64,000 nt of DNA, from sequence record PP968062.1. One strand, 5' to 3'. The notes beneath the pieces were generated by a model that saw nothing but the letters and a program-made list of their open reading frames with translations, did no database searches and was not told the DNA's origin. The stretch's first letter is position 1. Each line of letters opens with the position of its first letter. Source of the stretch: Pseudomonas phage HPP-Temi. Of the stretch, positions 38,670-48,402 are shown piece by piece. A program made the position numbers and the translations under genes.

Positions 38670-39314
38670 TCAGTTGAGCCAGCTGTTGTCGGTATCAGCG
38701 AAACGTGCAGCTGAACGATGTGGATAACCAAACGGGATTTGTGGAAGGATGGGTTGATCGATCAAATGTGTCGGATACTCGGGTTCATCGGGGAAGTAGC
38801 CTTCCAGTGAATAGACGAGTTGAATGACACGAACACGATCGGAGTTCGGACCGTAGTAACGACCACAGTTCAAACCAACCCCGTGCATGAATTGATCGGA
38901 ATCGATCGGAATGAAGCGGTAGTAGTAGCGCAGGTTCAGTTGGCTGAGCAACACGTCGTTCAGGTAGTCTGCCCAGTCGCCAGCGCTGTACTGCTCACGT
39001 TCGTGCAGGTCAACCAGATCCAGTGCCAAGGCAGCGCCATTGAAGATCTTACGAACGTAGTCTTTCTCAGTCAGACCCATGGTAACCATTTCAGGTAACC
39101 CCATGCGACCGAGACCGATGGTGTAGCGAGCCTGGGGAATCTCATCAGCGCGACGCGTGTAAATCACGTAATCATCGCTACCGAATTGACTGTTGATGGT
39201 CTGAATGATTTCAGCCACCTTCTTCTCCAGTACATGCGACATTTCGAAAACCGGATTGCTCGGTTGAATAACCATACCGCCCTGAGTACCTGTCATATCG
39301 ACTACAGTGGACAT
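38670..39314 (-). CDS. hypothetical protein
   Basis: 214 aa. Confidence 0.6.
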   Translation of the reverse strand: MSTVVDMTGTQGGMVIQPSNPVFEMSHVLEKKVAEIIQTINSQFGSDDYVIYTRRADEIPQARYTIGLGRMGLPEMVTMGLTEKDYVRKIFNGAALALDLVDLHEREQYSAGDWADYLNDVLLSQLNLRYYYRFIPIDSDQFMHGVGLNCGRYYGPNSDRVRVIQLVYSLEGYFPDEPEYPTHLIDQPILPQIPFGYPHRSAARFADTDNSWLN

Positions 39315-39351
39315 ATTCTCTCCTAAGGGAATAAAGAGGACCCGAAGGCCC

Positions 39352-39711
39352 TCAATTGAGTAACAGATAACCGTACTGAGTTTCTTTCACAGCTTTCCGA
39401 ATACGACCTTCAATCTGCTTAGCTTCAGATTGACTTGCAGGGAACTCCAGCAGTTCTAGATCGCTATTCTCAGGATCACCTTCCATCAACCGATTCATTT
39501 TAGGCCATGGACTAGCCTGGCCTTTGATTCGAGTGATGAGCTGGTCAACATCTTTAGAAACTGTTTTGCTTCGTCCCATAATGAACTTGCCAGTTCCCAG
39601 ATGGACCACACAGTACAGCCCACTCGTCACTATATCTTTACGCTTCCCCCTACCCCAGATAGTCGAAGACCATTTGTTGTATTGGGTTTCACCGTGGAAT
39701 GCCTGTTGCAT
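39352..39711 (-). CDS. small GIY-YIG-like protein
   Basis: 119 aa; SGLYCVVHLGTGKFIMGRSKT resembles a GIY...YIG module. Confidence 0.4.
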   Translation of the reverse strand: MQQAFHGETQYNKWSSTIWGRGKRKDIVTSGLYCVVHLGTGKFIMGRSKTVSKDVDQLITRIKGQASPWPKMNRLMEGDPENSDLELLEFPASQSEAKQIEGRIRKAVKETQYGYLLLN

Positions 39712-39755
39712 TTTCAGATCCTTGCTAAATGACTATTACATTTAGCATCCCAGTA

Positions 39756-40280
39756 TTACTTGTGGTACTCTGGGTACAGGCGCCGGGATTCTCCGTTGTA
39801 TTCAATAACGATAGTTTCCAACTTGTTGAGAATCTCAGCCATCTTCAGGTATGCATCACGTCCCTCTTTGTGCTGGTCATACAAAGGATCGAATACACCG
39901 ATCGATTCCATTTCAGCATCGAGTTGAATGGCTTTGTCCAATGCCTCACAAGAGGTCATGAAGATCTGACGTCCTTCCATCGCCACTTTCAGTTGTATTT
40001 CGAGAATACGGTTGTAACCCTTACGGAAGAACTCTGGATTACCGTCATAACCTTTTGCAACCGCACGCCGGAAGAGTTCAACATCTACCGGAATATCGGT
40101 GGCGATACCGTTATGACTACCTACCACAAAACGACGACCACTGGAATCGGTTGCGTAGAACAGGCTGGTACCGTCCATTTCTTCTTGCAGGGTTAATACC
40201 CAGCCAGGTTGATAGATGACACCGGGGTTGTCGGTGGTGGACAGGGTGGTAGTGGTGAAGAACTGATCACCTACTTTCAT
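39756..40280 (-). CDS. hypothetical protein
   Basis: 174 aa. Confidence 0.6.
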   Translation of the reverse strand: MKVGDQFFTTTTLSTTDNPGVIYQPGWVLTLQEEMDGTSLFYATDSSGRRFVVGSHNGIATDIPVDVELFRRAVAKGYDGNPEFFRKGYNRILEIQLKVAMEGRQIFMTSCEALDKAIQLDAEMESIGVFDPLYDQHKEGRDAYLKMAEILNKLETIVIEYNGESRRLYPEYHK

Positions 40281-40319
40281 TTGGAGTTTCCTTTTAAATT
40301 GAGTTGAGAAAGTGGAGCG

Positions 40320-40589
40320 TCAGTAAATCACAAGCTGACGCCGAGTGGCATAGAACGAAACCGCTTCTGGATCTTTCTCCAGAACGACTTCATAGGTATC
40401 TTCGTTGACCTTACGGATGATCTTGAGATAATCACCCTTGTTGGCCATAACCAGACCAGGACCAGAATCACCGACGTTGGCGGTGATGTTTTCGAGAGCA
40501 GCAGCTTTTGCAGTCATGAGTTCAATCTTCTCCATATAGGGTTCAAGGAATTCAACAGCTTTACCAACAAGTTCGTGTAGAAAGCCCAT
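40320..40589 (-). CDS. hypothetical protein
   Basis: 89 aa. Confidence 0.5.
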   Translation of the reverse strand: MGFLHELVGKAVEFLEPYMEKIELMTAKAAALENITANVGDSGPGLVMANKGDYLKIIRKVNEDTYEVVLEKDPEAVSFYATRRQLVIY

Positions 40590-40591
40590 GG

Positions 40592-40891
40592 TTATTTACC
40601 GTAGTCGTTGAAGGTGTCTTCCATATCACTGAACGGAATGGTTTCGATTTGATCGTAGTTGTCACGGTTGATCACACGGAAACCACCTGCCGGGTTATCC
40701 GTATCCTCACAAATGATTTCCAGATCATCACCTTCGTTTGCATACTTGGTCTCAGTATAACCTTTTTCTCGATCAGTACGCGTGATGAAAATATCGCGAG
40801 CAGCTTGTAGGACCATCCCTTTTACGAGATCGTTCTTAGCCAAGTTCGCACTGAGTTTCATTGTATCGTTAATGAGGGCACTGAAGTTCAT
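40592..40891 (-). CDS. hypothetical protein
   Basis: 99 aa. Confidence 0.5.
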   Translation of the reverse strand: MNFSALINDTMKLSANLAKNDLVKGMVLQAARDIFITRTDREKGYTETKYANEGDDLEIICEDTDNPAGGFRVINRDNYDQIETIPFSDMEDTFNDYGK

Positions 40892-41000
40892 TTCTTTTTA
40901 CCTTTTACTTTTTCGGTATCTACATCTTTACGCGTTCTCCACTTTTGATCGAGGATCGAGTTGATGATGTATTTTTGACGAGTTGGAACTGGTTGCATCG

Positions 41001-41357
41001 TTAACCCATTATGAGTTGTGAGATGGTGATATTCAAATCACGTTGGAAAAGATTTGCAGACGGATTGTCTAATTTGTGGTTAGCATGTGCACAAATCTCG
41101 TTAGTGTTGCGATCAACGAACACCGTCAGGAAACGTTTATCGCGTCCCTGGAAGATGCAGTTGACAACCATCAGACGATCGTCATTTTCACCGCCGCGCA
41201 TTTCAGCTACGTAGTCGATCTTGTCCGACATGGCCTCTACGAGCGCCTTGGTGATGTCGACGGTCTTCATGCCAGCTTCGTGTTGCCTTTTGTAATACTC
41301 GCGTATAACCGCTTCTGCCGCCGCGTTACGCGCCAGACGAATTAGTTCTTCAAGCAT
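41001..41357 (-). CDS. hypothetical protein
   Basis: Start at an internal Met with an SD gggga, placed downstream of the conserved promoter motif. The track ORF runs to 41432, into the terminator hairpin. Confidence 0.5.
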   Translation of the reverse strand: MLEELIRLARNAAAEAVIREYYKRQHEAGMKTVDITKALVEAMSDKIDYVAEMRGGENDDRLMVVNCIFQGRDKRFLTVFVDRNTNEICAHANHKLDNPSANLFQRDLNITISQLIMG

Positions 41358-41379
41358 GTGAAATCCCCAGGTTGACATG

Positions 41380-41425
41380 TTTGTAATATAGTGTTCTAAA
41401 CACTTTGAATGCAACGGTATAAACT
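41380..41425 (-). promoter_or_regulatory. conserved promoter-like element (TTTGTAATATAG, small inverted repeat GTGTT-cta-AACAC, TTTGAATG)
   Basis: The same composite motif recurs at 46106, 46158, 55108, 57921, 53741 and 63637. On the minus strand it reads CTATATTAC and sits about 30 nt upstream of an SD and ATG. Confidence 0.45.
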
Positions 41426-41450
41426 CTCCCACTAGGGGAGAGCTTATGTT
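41424..41450. terminator. hairpin ctctccc-acta-ggggagag followed by CTTATG
   Basis: GC stem-loop between minus-strand genes. Confidence 0.55.
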
Positions 41451-41890
41451 TATTCTACCAACGAGAACTTGACACCGATGATCGGAGATTCCCGGTCGAT
41501 CTTGATCACAGCATGGCCAGTAATACCATCAACTTCGAAAGTGGTACCCCAACGCAGACCATCCATCTTGGATACCATTCCGAAACGGAAGATACCGTCG
41601 CGCCGGATTTCGATCGGATCATGTGCAGTAACCGGATGGAACAAAATGTTATCGCCTGAATCAACGTAAGCGATTTCTTCGATCACCAGCTTGCGAATGT
41701 CCTCATCACCACCACAGAGGGTGAAGATATTAAATGGAGAGTCCACTTTTACATAGCTGGAAAGAACCGAACCGATACCTTCGATATCAACACGGAAGAC
41801 CGGCATGCGCAGGTGTTGAGCAAAGTGCTTATCGCTCTTGCCCATTTGGTAAAGGGGAACGCGGGTGGAACCGGCGACTTGTGTAGTCAT
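41450..41890 (-). CDS. hypothetical protein
   Basis: 146 aa. Confidence 0.6.
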   Translation of the reverse strand: MTTQVAGSTRVPLYQMGKSDKHFAQHLRMPVFRVDIEGIGSVLSSYVKVDSPFNIFTLCGGDEDIRKLVIEEIAYVDSGDNILFHPVTAHDPIEIRRDGIFRFGMVSKMDGLRWGTTFEVDGITGHAVIKIDRESPIIGVKFSLVE

Positions 41891-42267
41891 CAGTATTCTC
41901 CGTATTTGTAATTGAAGTTAATAGGGTGGTCTAATCTTGACCTAACGATACGCTTGGTCTGATTCAGTGAAGCTTCGACAACATAGTAAAAGGCAGGCTG
42001 TTTCACCAAATCTTCTCGATAGCGATTGTCCAATATGACGGCATCATTGGAAACGTAGACATAAAATGGGGAGTCTAAATTTTCAATGATGACTGGATTC
42101 GAACACACGGGAGTAGTTCTTATTCCGTCATGTGAGTATCCAACTACTTCTACTTTCATTAAGTCATGGTTCCCAACATGAGGAACCATGACTATTACCA
42201 TTATCCACGCAAGTAAGATAGCGGTTAATTTTAGCAGAATGGATAACTCAACGAGAGTCCTATCCAT
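41890..42267 (-). CDS. membrane-anchored hypothetical protein
   Basis: Start at an internal Met. TM segment LTAILLAWIMVIVMV. The track ORF runs to 42366. Confidence 0.5.
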   Translation of the reverse strand: MDRTLVELSILLKLTAILLAWIMVIVMVPHVGNHDLMKVEVVGYSHDGIRTTPVCSNPVIIENLDSPFYVYVSNDAVILDNRYREDLVKQPAFYYVVEASLNQTKRIVRSRLDHPINFNYKYGEY

Positions 42268-42281
42268 AAAGGATCTCCGAG

Positions 42282-42674
42282 TTAGATGGTCCTCCAATCG
42301 ATTATACTGTTTACACCCTTGATATCGAACTCCTCGAATTTGTAAGCACCGCCACCCCTCAGCCACACTTGGTGATAGCTGAAGTATTGGACATCCGCAT
42401 CAGCAGAGATCAGTTCGATCTCCAGATTAGTAAGGGATTTGTGGTAAGTAACCTCACCATTCCGGATAACCACATAGAACTGGTTCTTACCGTTACGCAG
42501 GCCGTGACAGTTACCTTTGTTCTTGATGGTAACCTTACGACCTACTTCGCCACGTATATGTAATACATTTACGACGAAGTGTTTCCTGATTCTTAGGGTG
42601 AAACGAACGGCCAGTACAGTGAGTGCCAGAAAGACGACTGTTACACCCAGATGCACCAAAGTTTCGGAAAGCAT
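42282..42674 (-). CDS. membrane-anchored hypothetical protein
   Basis: N-terminal TM segment LGVTVVFLALTVLAV. Confidence 0.55.
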   Translation of the reverse strand: MLSETLVHLGVTVVFLALTVLAVRFTLRIRKHFVVNVLHIRGEVGRKVTIKNKGNCHGLRNGKNQFYVVIRNGEVTYHKSLTNLEIELISADADVQYFSYHQVWLRGGGAYKFEEFDIKGVNSIIDWRTI

Positions 42675-42681
42675 GGCTACC

Positions 42682-42942
42682 TCATTGAATATTAAGTTGA
42701 CGAGTCAGACCGTGGTTGGAGGGGATCTCCACAATATCCAACTCGACATCGTCTTTCACTCGGTATACTCGTTCGAGTACACCACTCATATTACATTCAA
42801 AACGAAGACCAGAATCGGGATGAATACCGAGCGACACCCAGCTAGTGTCGTCGTCCAGCGAAAACGTAAACTTGTTTTGAGTTTCCGCCTTCTGTACCAG
42901 CCATTCGCCTTCACACTTAACCAACTTGGTGTTTGTATTCAT
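42682..42942 (-). CDS. hypothetical protein
   Basis: 86 aa. Confidence 0.5.
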   Translation of the reverse strand: MNTNTKLVKCEGEWLVQKAETQNKFTFSLDDDTSWVSLGIHPDSGLRFECNMSGVLERVYRVKDDVELDIVEIPSNHGLTRQLNIQ

Positions 42943-42944
42943 TA

Positions 42945-43367
42945 CTACTCTCCTGGGAGTTTCACGACCTTACTGACGTCATGACCATTGTCATGTATTT
43001 CGTCTGTCGTATGAGCTTGAAGATAAAGATAGGTAATTTGCACGGCTCGTCCGATGGAATCCGCCCAAACGCAAAGTGTTTTAGTTCGGTACTCTTGCTT
43101 CTCCCACGAATAGCGCTTCGGCTCTCGGTAGGTAAGCTCGATGTTCAAGGTAACGAATTGCTTCGATTCCTTTGCCGACTCGAACATTTTGAGATTGTCT
43201 TCCTCGCTTACCAACAGTTTATTGGCATCGATAAAGGATCCATAATAGCAAGTCCGACCACATAGCATTTGTTGCAAAGTGGCCTTTCCGTTGAAGCGAC
43301 GAGGTTTCAGTTCTACTCGCCAACTCCAATCCAAAAGGTTCTCGATTTGTTCTTCCAGGTTATCCAT
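42945..43367 (-). CDS. hypothetical protein
   Basis: 140 aa. Confidence 0.55.
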   Translation of the reverse strand: MDNLEEQIENLLDWSWRVELKPRRFNGKATLQQMLCGRTCYYGSFIDANKLLVSEEDNLKMFESAKESKQFVTLNIELTYREPKRYSWEKQEYRTKTLCVWADSIGRAVQITYLYLQAHTTDEIHDNGHDVSKVVKLPGE

Positions 43368-43717
43368 TATGGCATCTCGAATTGAACGGTGATAGTCGAC
43401 TTACCTTGCGAGTACTCGATGAACGGGTTAACGTAACCCAGACGCATGATCCATTGACGGAGTTCTTGGTAGTCAGCCATATTCCACGGCATACTACCCA
43501 TGCTAACCCGATAGACCAGACCTTTGGTCGGATCTTTGAGTCGCCAGTTCGCTGAATCCAGTACACCAGAGCGAATGATCATCCTGATTTGATCAACGAC
43601 GCAGTTTGCTTCGGGGTTAGCTTCTCGCACTATACGGAAAGCTTCAGATGCTTTACTCATGTTATCGAAGTTGACCACGAAGCTGTAGCCGTGGCCTTGC
43701 TTAACTTGCATTTTCAA
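43367..43717 (-). CDS. hypothetical protein
   Basis: 116 aa. Confidence 0.55.
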   Translation of the reverse strand: MKMQVKQGHGYSFVVNFDNMSKASEAFRIVREANPEANCVVDQIRMIIRSGVLDSANWRLKDPTKGLVYRVSMGSMPWNMADYQELRQWIMRLGYVNPFIEYSQGKSTITVQFEMP

Positions 43718-43765
43718 ATTCCTAAAGAAAAAGGTATAGAAAGGGGACCCGAAGGTCCCCTGTTA

Positions 43766-44239
43766 TCAGTTCAGAGAATCGCGATGAGCGTACTCGAAGG
43801 TATCGACATCTGCAACCATGTTGAACACAGCGATGATCGCGCTCATGGGTTTCTTACCCATGTTGAAATGCACGACGAAGCTGTCCTTGTAACACTCGAT
43901 GGAACGAATACCATAGACGACGTTGATGCGGTCGATCTGATTGCGAACAACCAGAACTTCTTCATCGGTCATATTCTCGATGTAATTCTCGATCAGCTGG
44001 AACACACGCTCATCACCCAGTATCAGATTTTTGCGCTCGACTTCCACCGGAGCGAAGGTCAGCAGATGAGGCATGAACTCCGGCAGGGCTTCCACGTTGA
44101 ACAACAGCTTGTCGTCCAGCAGAGGAGATGCACGATACAGATCGGACAGAACGATGTTACCGTTCACGATCTCGATCTTGTCTTCTTGAGCCAGTGCAGT
44201 AGCCAGACGACGATCAGCAGCGTTGTTAGAACCGAACAT
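43766..44239 (-). CDS. hypothetical protein
   Basis: 157 aa; a terminator hairpin ggggacccgaaggtcccc lies at 43743..43760. Confidence 0.6.
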   Translation of the reverse strand: MFGSNNAADRRLATALAQEDKIEIVNGNIVLSDLYRASPLLDDKLLFNVEALPEFMPHLLTFAPVEVERKNLILGDERVFQLIENYIENMTDEEVLVVRNQIDRINVVYGIRSIECYKDSFVVHFNMGKKPMSAIIAVFNMVADVDTFEYAHRDSLN

Positions 44240-44283
44240 TGAAATTTCCTTTTAGTAAAGAGTCAGTAGATTAGGGACCTGGG

Positions 44284-44814
44284 TTAAGCTTCCCAGGTGT
44301 CTTTCCAGCGAGTTACAGGAAGTTGGAACGTCTCACAGAGTTTAGTTACTGCGCGATGTTCCAGATTGTTCTCCGGATGGAACGTGATGGGGCTCATGGA
44401 GCAACCCCAGTCAACACGACATCCGGTTTCTTTGTGAATCTCACTGAGGACAGTGTAAGAACCACCGCCATCATCATAACCCATTTTGTACGGGTTGACG
44501 CAGATCTGGGTATTGTGCTTCATCATGACTTTGTCGACTTCGATCGTCAGCAGCCGAACGAACTCGTCAGTCTTGGAGATGTCGTCTACCCAGAACTCCA
44601 GGAGAATCCACTTGCCACGTGGGTCATTATGACCGCCTTGGAAGAATACACTGAAACCTTGTTTTGCTTGATAGAACGGAGAGGACATCAGGTTACATGT
44701 AACAACCCGATGAACAGCTTCCCATACGCGCTCAGTGACGTAATCGCCGTAGAGTTCGATGCAGGGGCCACGACCGGGGAAGCTTTCTTTCGGTGCGAAT
44801 TTGAGTTCGAACAT
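44284..44814 (-). CDS. hypothetical protein
   Basis: Start at internal Met 14. The track ORF runs to 44853. Confidence 0.55.
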   Translation of the reverse strand: MFELKFAPKESFPGRGPCIELYGDYVTERVWEAVHRVVTCNLMSSPFYQAKQGFSVFFQGGHNDPRGKWILLEFWVDDISKTDEFVRLLTIEVDKVMMKHNTQICVNPYKMGYDDGGGSYTVLSEIHKETGCRVDWGCSMSPITFHPENNLEHRAVTKLCETFQLPVTRWKDTWEA

Positions 44815-44816
44815 TT

Positions 44817-45209
44817 TTACACTCCCGATTGGTAGCGCTTGTAGCGAACCCACTGCCCATTACATGGACGTTGGAATTCGAGGGTATCCATCATGTGGTA
44901 ACCGAAGTGCTCGATGATCCACAGAGCCACTTGCTTGGAACGCTTCATGCCCATTTCACAATGGACAACGATGTTCTCGCCGTTACAGGCTTTCACCCAT
45001 TCGATGAGTTCAGCATTCCGAGCATTGACCGGGTTATCGAACCCATCGATCTCGAAGACGTTCACACCGGGATCGATACCGTAGTTATCCTTACGGTTAT
45101 ACTCGATACTGATCAGGTTGGTGCCGGGATTAACTGCGCAACCAACTGCGCGCGGCACATGGATGACGCCTTTACGTTTACGAGTAACCTTTACGGATAC
45201 GATGCTCAT
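44817..45209 (-). CDS. Cys-based dual-specificity/tyrosine phosphatase-like protein (CX5R)
   Basis: 130 aa; VVHCEMGMKRSKQV fits the HCxxGxxRS P-loop of PTP/DSP enzymes. Confidence 0.6.
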   Translation of the reverse strand: MSIVSVKVTRKRKGVIHVPRAVGCAVNPGTNLISIEYNRKDNYGIDPGVNVFEIDGFDNPVNARNAELIEWVKACNGENIVVHCEMGMKRSKQVALWIIEHFGYHMMDTLEFQRPCNGQWVRYKRYQSGV

Positions 45210-45490
45210 TTGAAGTCTACCTCACGCAGTGCACGAATCAGTTTGTCTTTCGCTTCAACGCTGGAGCTCCAGCATTCCACGATGTCGTAACCATGCTCAT
45301 CTTTCTTCATGAAAGCGCGAGCATCTTGTCCCAGCTTGCCAGCAACGTGCATGTTGTAGGCCTGGAAACGCTCGGGGGTCATGGTGACCGGATCCAGGTG
45401 GATAGTGGTAACCATGTCGGACAGATTGTTATAAGTCATCATTTTGATTTCCTTTTTAAACAGTGATATCGCGTTTGTGAACACTAACAA
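45206..45490 (-). CDS. hypothetical protein
   Basis: 94 aa. Confidence 0.5.
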   Translation of the reverse strand: MLVFTNAISLFKKEIKMMTYNNLSDMVTTIHLDPVTMTPERFQAYNMHVAGKLGQDARAFMKKDEHGYDIVECWSSSVEAKDKLIRALREVDFK

Positions 45491-46070
45491 AGGTCAGTTT
45501 GCTAGTGCGTTTGAGGATGTGTGCAGAGAGTACCTTCGAACCGTTGAAAACGTCGGTATCGAGGATCTCTTCTGGTGTTGCTTCCGATGCAGCAGCGCCG
45601 AGATACGCATTGAGGTGATTCGCCTGGAACCAGCTGCGAATGATCATCGCGTCTTCGATGTCTTCAACGAAGCGGATTTTAGTCGGATCTTCACTGGGAG
45701 CCAGGAAGAGACTCTTGCGGCCGTTCTCGAATTCGAGATAGAACTCTTCATGGAGATCGGTCTCACTGATCTCTCTTTCCTCTTCCAGGATTTCATGGTA
45801 TTTAACGCAACCATGTACCAGACCCAGATCGACTTCCGAATCACCATACCAAGTTGCCTTGGCAAGCTCCAGGAATTCCAGAGCATCGTTGAACAGCTTG
45901 AACACTACGCCGTAACGACGAGCATCCTCGACGCTGAAGTCTTTGGCCAGTTGGTTATGTACGATGAACACCGGACGGCTGTAGATGAAGTCTACATACA
46001 GACGGAGCTCACACGCAACGGGAATACCATCAACAGTATTCTCCAGGATCACTTCACGCAGTTGTTTCAT
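45456..46070 (-). CDS. hypothetical protein
   Basis: 204 aa with an SD aaggaag. Tandem promoter motifs lie immediately upstream. Confidence 0.65.
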   Translation of the reverse strand: MKQLREVILENTVDGIPVACELRLYVDFIYSRPVFIVHNQLAKDFSVEDARRYGVVFKLFNDALEFLELAKATWYGDSEVDLGLVHGCVKYHEILEEEREISETDLHEEFYLEFENGRKSLFLAPSEDPTKIRFVEDIEDAMIIRSWFQANHLNAYLGAAASEATPEEILDTDVFNGSKVLSAHILKRTSKLTFVSVHKRDITV

Positions 46071-46099
46071 TGTATCTTCCTTTTTACACGGGGTTGAAT

Positions 46100-46198
46100 A
46101 TCACATTTGTAATATAGGGTTTTAAAAGGTTTAAATATAACCTTCTATTTATCACAGTTGTAATATAGGCTTTTAATGCCTTTAAATGTAAAAGAAAA
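46100..46198 (-). promoter_or_regulatory. two tandem copies of the conserved promoter-like element
   Basis: tttgtaatatagggttttaaaaggtttaaat and ttgtaatataggcttttaatgcctttaaatg, each with a small inverted repeat. The spacing to the downstream SD/ATG of 45456..46070 is about 35 nt. Confidence 0.5.
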
Positions 46199-46213
46199 AA
46201 AAAACGGCATAAC

Positions 46214-46236
46214 GCCTCTCCCGAAGGAGAGGCTAT
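46214..46236. terminator. hairpin gcctctcccgaaggagaggc, with a T10 run on the minus strand
   Basis: Plus-strand aaaaaaaaaacggcataac precedes the hairpin, so on the minus strand a U-tract follows the stem. Confidence 0.7.
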
Positions 46237-46241
46237 TATGT

Positions 46242-46679
46242 TTACTCGCCTTGACCTTCACCACCGGTTTCCGGAGGAGTGGTCTCGCCGCCTTCGCCAC
46301 CAGTACCGGGTTCTTCCGGACCTTCGGGCTCAGTGGTTTGTTCTTCAACGTAGAAGCTGACGAACATTTCGTTGCCGTTCTTGATTTCAACGGAAACGGA
46401 TTTCCAACCGGCGTCTTCGATGGCTTTCTTCAGAGCAGCTACAGAAGTATCAGCGATGTTCACGCCACGGAAGTGACGGTGTACAAAGTGTACTTTCTGC
46501 TCGGCGTCGTTCAGGAAGTCAACGGTACCCGGCAGGGACAGGTATTCGTTGATAGCATCTTCGTACTGAGCAATCTCAGCTTCGGACATTGCCTTGCCGG
46601 CTTCGTCCAGGGAATAAATCGCCATTGGTGATTCTCCATAGTCATGAACAGCGGTATTGCTGCACATAACATCGGTCAC
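46242..46679 (-). CDS. acidic hypothetical protein with Gly/Glu/Thr/Pro-rich C-terminal tail
   Basis: 145 aa; C-terminus EPEGPEEPGTGGEGGETTPPETGGEGQGE. Confidence 0.55.
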   Translation of the reverse strand: MTDVMCSNTAVHDYGESPMAIYSLDEAGKAMSEAEIAQYEDAINEYLSLPGTVDFLNDAEQKVHFVHRHFRGVNIADTSVAALKKAIEDAGWKSVSVEIKNGNEMFVSFYVEEQTTEPEGPEEPGTGGEGGETTPPETGGEGQGE

Positions 46680-47101
46680 TTCACCGGAATAATTCCAAAT
46701 GCCAATTCCGTACGTACGCCAGTTTGCGCTTCAGTTACTTGTTCAACCTTAACACTCCATTCGGGTTCACCCACTAAGGTAACCTCTAGAATAGAATGCG
46801 TTTCCTCGTTAGCCATGTGATAGGCGGATGCTTCAGAGTGATAAATTTCGACATCGCGATCCCGACAGCAAAGAAACACAGACGACTGAGTCTCAGGGAA
46901 ATCTAGATAGACTTGTTTGAAGTCAGCGTATGCAATCATGTTGTTGCCTACGTAGTGCGTCATCCCAGCTAGGATCACGCGACGCTTTTCTTTCTTCTTA
47001 GGTTTCTCTTTCTTAGCTTCTTCGCCACGAGGTAGAGATAACCATACCAACCCAGCTAAGATCAGCAGGATAATGGCCGAGGTAGGAATAGTAAAAGGCA
47101 T
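46676..47101 (-). CDS. membrane-anchored hypothetical protein
   Basis: N-terminal TM segment SAIILLILAGLVWL, then a basic stretch KKEKPKKKEKRR. Confidence 0.55.
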   Translation of the reverse strand: MPFTIPTSAIILLILAGLVWLSLPRGEEAKKEKPKKKEKRRVILAGMTHYVGNNMIAYADFKQVYLDFPETQSSVFLCCRDRDVEIYHSEASAYHMANEETHSILEVTLVGEPEWSVKVEQVTEAQTGVRTELAFGIIPVK

Positions 47102-47132
47102 GACACCACCTAAAAATTAAAAATGGCAGAAA

Positions 47133-47158
47133 GCTGTCCCCGAAGGGACAGCCTTATG
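47133..47158. terminator. hairpin gctgtccccgaagggacagc followed by CTTATG
   Basis: GC stem-loop seen in sequence. Confidence 0.55.
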
Positions 47159-47162
47159 TCGA

Positions 47163-47480
47163 TCAGTTGTTGACGGTAGCCCAGTAGGAAGCAGCCAGGT
47201 CAATCTCCAGAGCGTTCGGAGCAACTTCAACGGAAGTGGATTCACCAGCTTCGTTGACGATGAACTTCGGAGTCAGATGGAAGTCGTTCTGGATACCAGC
47301 CATGGTACCAGCGATAGCACGATCGATGAAGGTAGCTTGTACCTTAACAGCTTCGGCTTCGCGGTCCAGACCTTTCAGCAGATCTTCTTTTAGGTCTTCG
47401 CAATACTTGATTACGGAAGCGCCAGCAGCGGTCAGGTTTTCGTGTTGTTCGATTACGTTTTCTACAGGTTCCATTTTCAT
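47163..47480 (-). CDS. small acidic protein, VN[ST]-tail family (ends ...YWATVNN)
   Basis: 105 aa; a C-terminal motif is shared with six other ORFs in 49351..51739. Confidence 0.55.
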   Translation of the reverse strand: MKMEPVENVIEQHENLTAAGASVIKYCEDLKEDLLKGLDREAEAVKVQATFIDRAIAGTMAGIQNDFHLTPKFIVNEAGESTSVEVAPNALEIDLAASYWATVNN

Positions 47481-47535
47481 TTCCTAATTTTGAGAGAGAG
47501 GGTATAACTGCGCACCCGAAGATGCGCAGCTTGTA

Positions 47536-48402
47536 TTACTTACCGAATACGCGATTGCTCAGACCTTGGGTACCCATTGCTTCGTAGGGTACGAAGATAG
47601 CACTACCGGTATTACCCAGATTGGTAGACATCTTCTCTTGTACTTCCAGAGCACGATAGGCCAGCAGCTTATCACTGATACCGGCAGCGACGATCTGGTT
47701 CTGGTCACGCAGAGTACGAGCTTTGGTCAGTTCAACTTCACGATCAGCTTCAGCCAGTTTCAGAGCGTTAGTGCGCTTGGTCATTTCAATGGCTTGCTGG
47801 TTGTTCTCGGTCTGAATAGCCAGTTCACGTTCAGCTTGTTTCTCGATAGCGTCGGTGATCACCTTCGGATATTCCAGTGCACCCAGGGTGACGTTGGAAA
47901 CTTCCAGAGGCGAATTCTTCATGGCGTCTTGCAGACGGGTCAGTAGATCAGCAGAGATCTTGTCGAAGTTGGCAGGGACTTCTTCAACTTTGTACTTGTT
48001 CAGTACGGAACGTGCAGTAGAACTTACAACGTCACGACCATAGATACCGTAGACCTGGTCCAGCGATACCATGTTGTCCACGACGGTGATCGAGTTGAAC
48101 ATGGCGTTGATGACTTGCTCGTTACCAGCAACGCGAGTACGGAAGCTCACGGTGAAGGTCAGGTCGAGTTTGTCAGCCATCTTCACGGTCAGACGTTCGT
48201 TCTTGGTCTGTACAGAACCGTCCAGCAGGATCAGCTGGTCACGACCGTAGACAGTCAGCTTACCGGGTTCGAGAACTTCCGGAGAGTAACCGTTAACAGT
48301 CAGCAGCTTACCTTTGTGCGCTGGAGGAATTACCTCAAACGAACAGCCGGTTACAGCCAGGGCGATCAGCAGAGCGAAGACGAGTTGGAAGTACTTTTTC
48401 AT
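47536..48402 (-). CDS. SPFH (band-7/HflK-C/stomatin-like) domain lipoprotein
   Basis: Lipobox LAVTGCS after the signal peptide. The SPFH-like body is followed by a coiled-coil segment ERELAIQTENNQQAIEMTKRTNALKLAEADREVELTKAR. Confidence 0.6.
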   Translation of the reverse strand: MKKYFQLVFALLIALAVTGCSFEVIPPAHKGKLLTVNGYSPEVLEPGKLTVYGRDQLILLDGSVQTKNERLTVKMADKLDLTFTVSFRTRVAGNEQVINAMFNSITVVDNMVSLDQVYGIYGRDVVSSTARSVLNKYKVEEVPANFDKISADLLTRLQDAMKNSPLEVSNVTLGALEYPKVITDAIEKQAERELAIQTENNQQAIEMTKRTNALKLAEADREVELTKARTLRDQNQIVAAGISDKLLAYRALEVQEKMSTNLGNTGSAIFVPYEAMGTQGLSNRVFGK

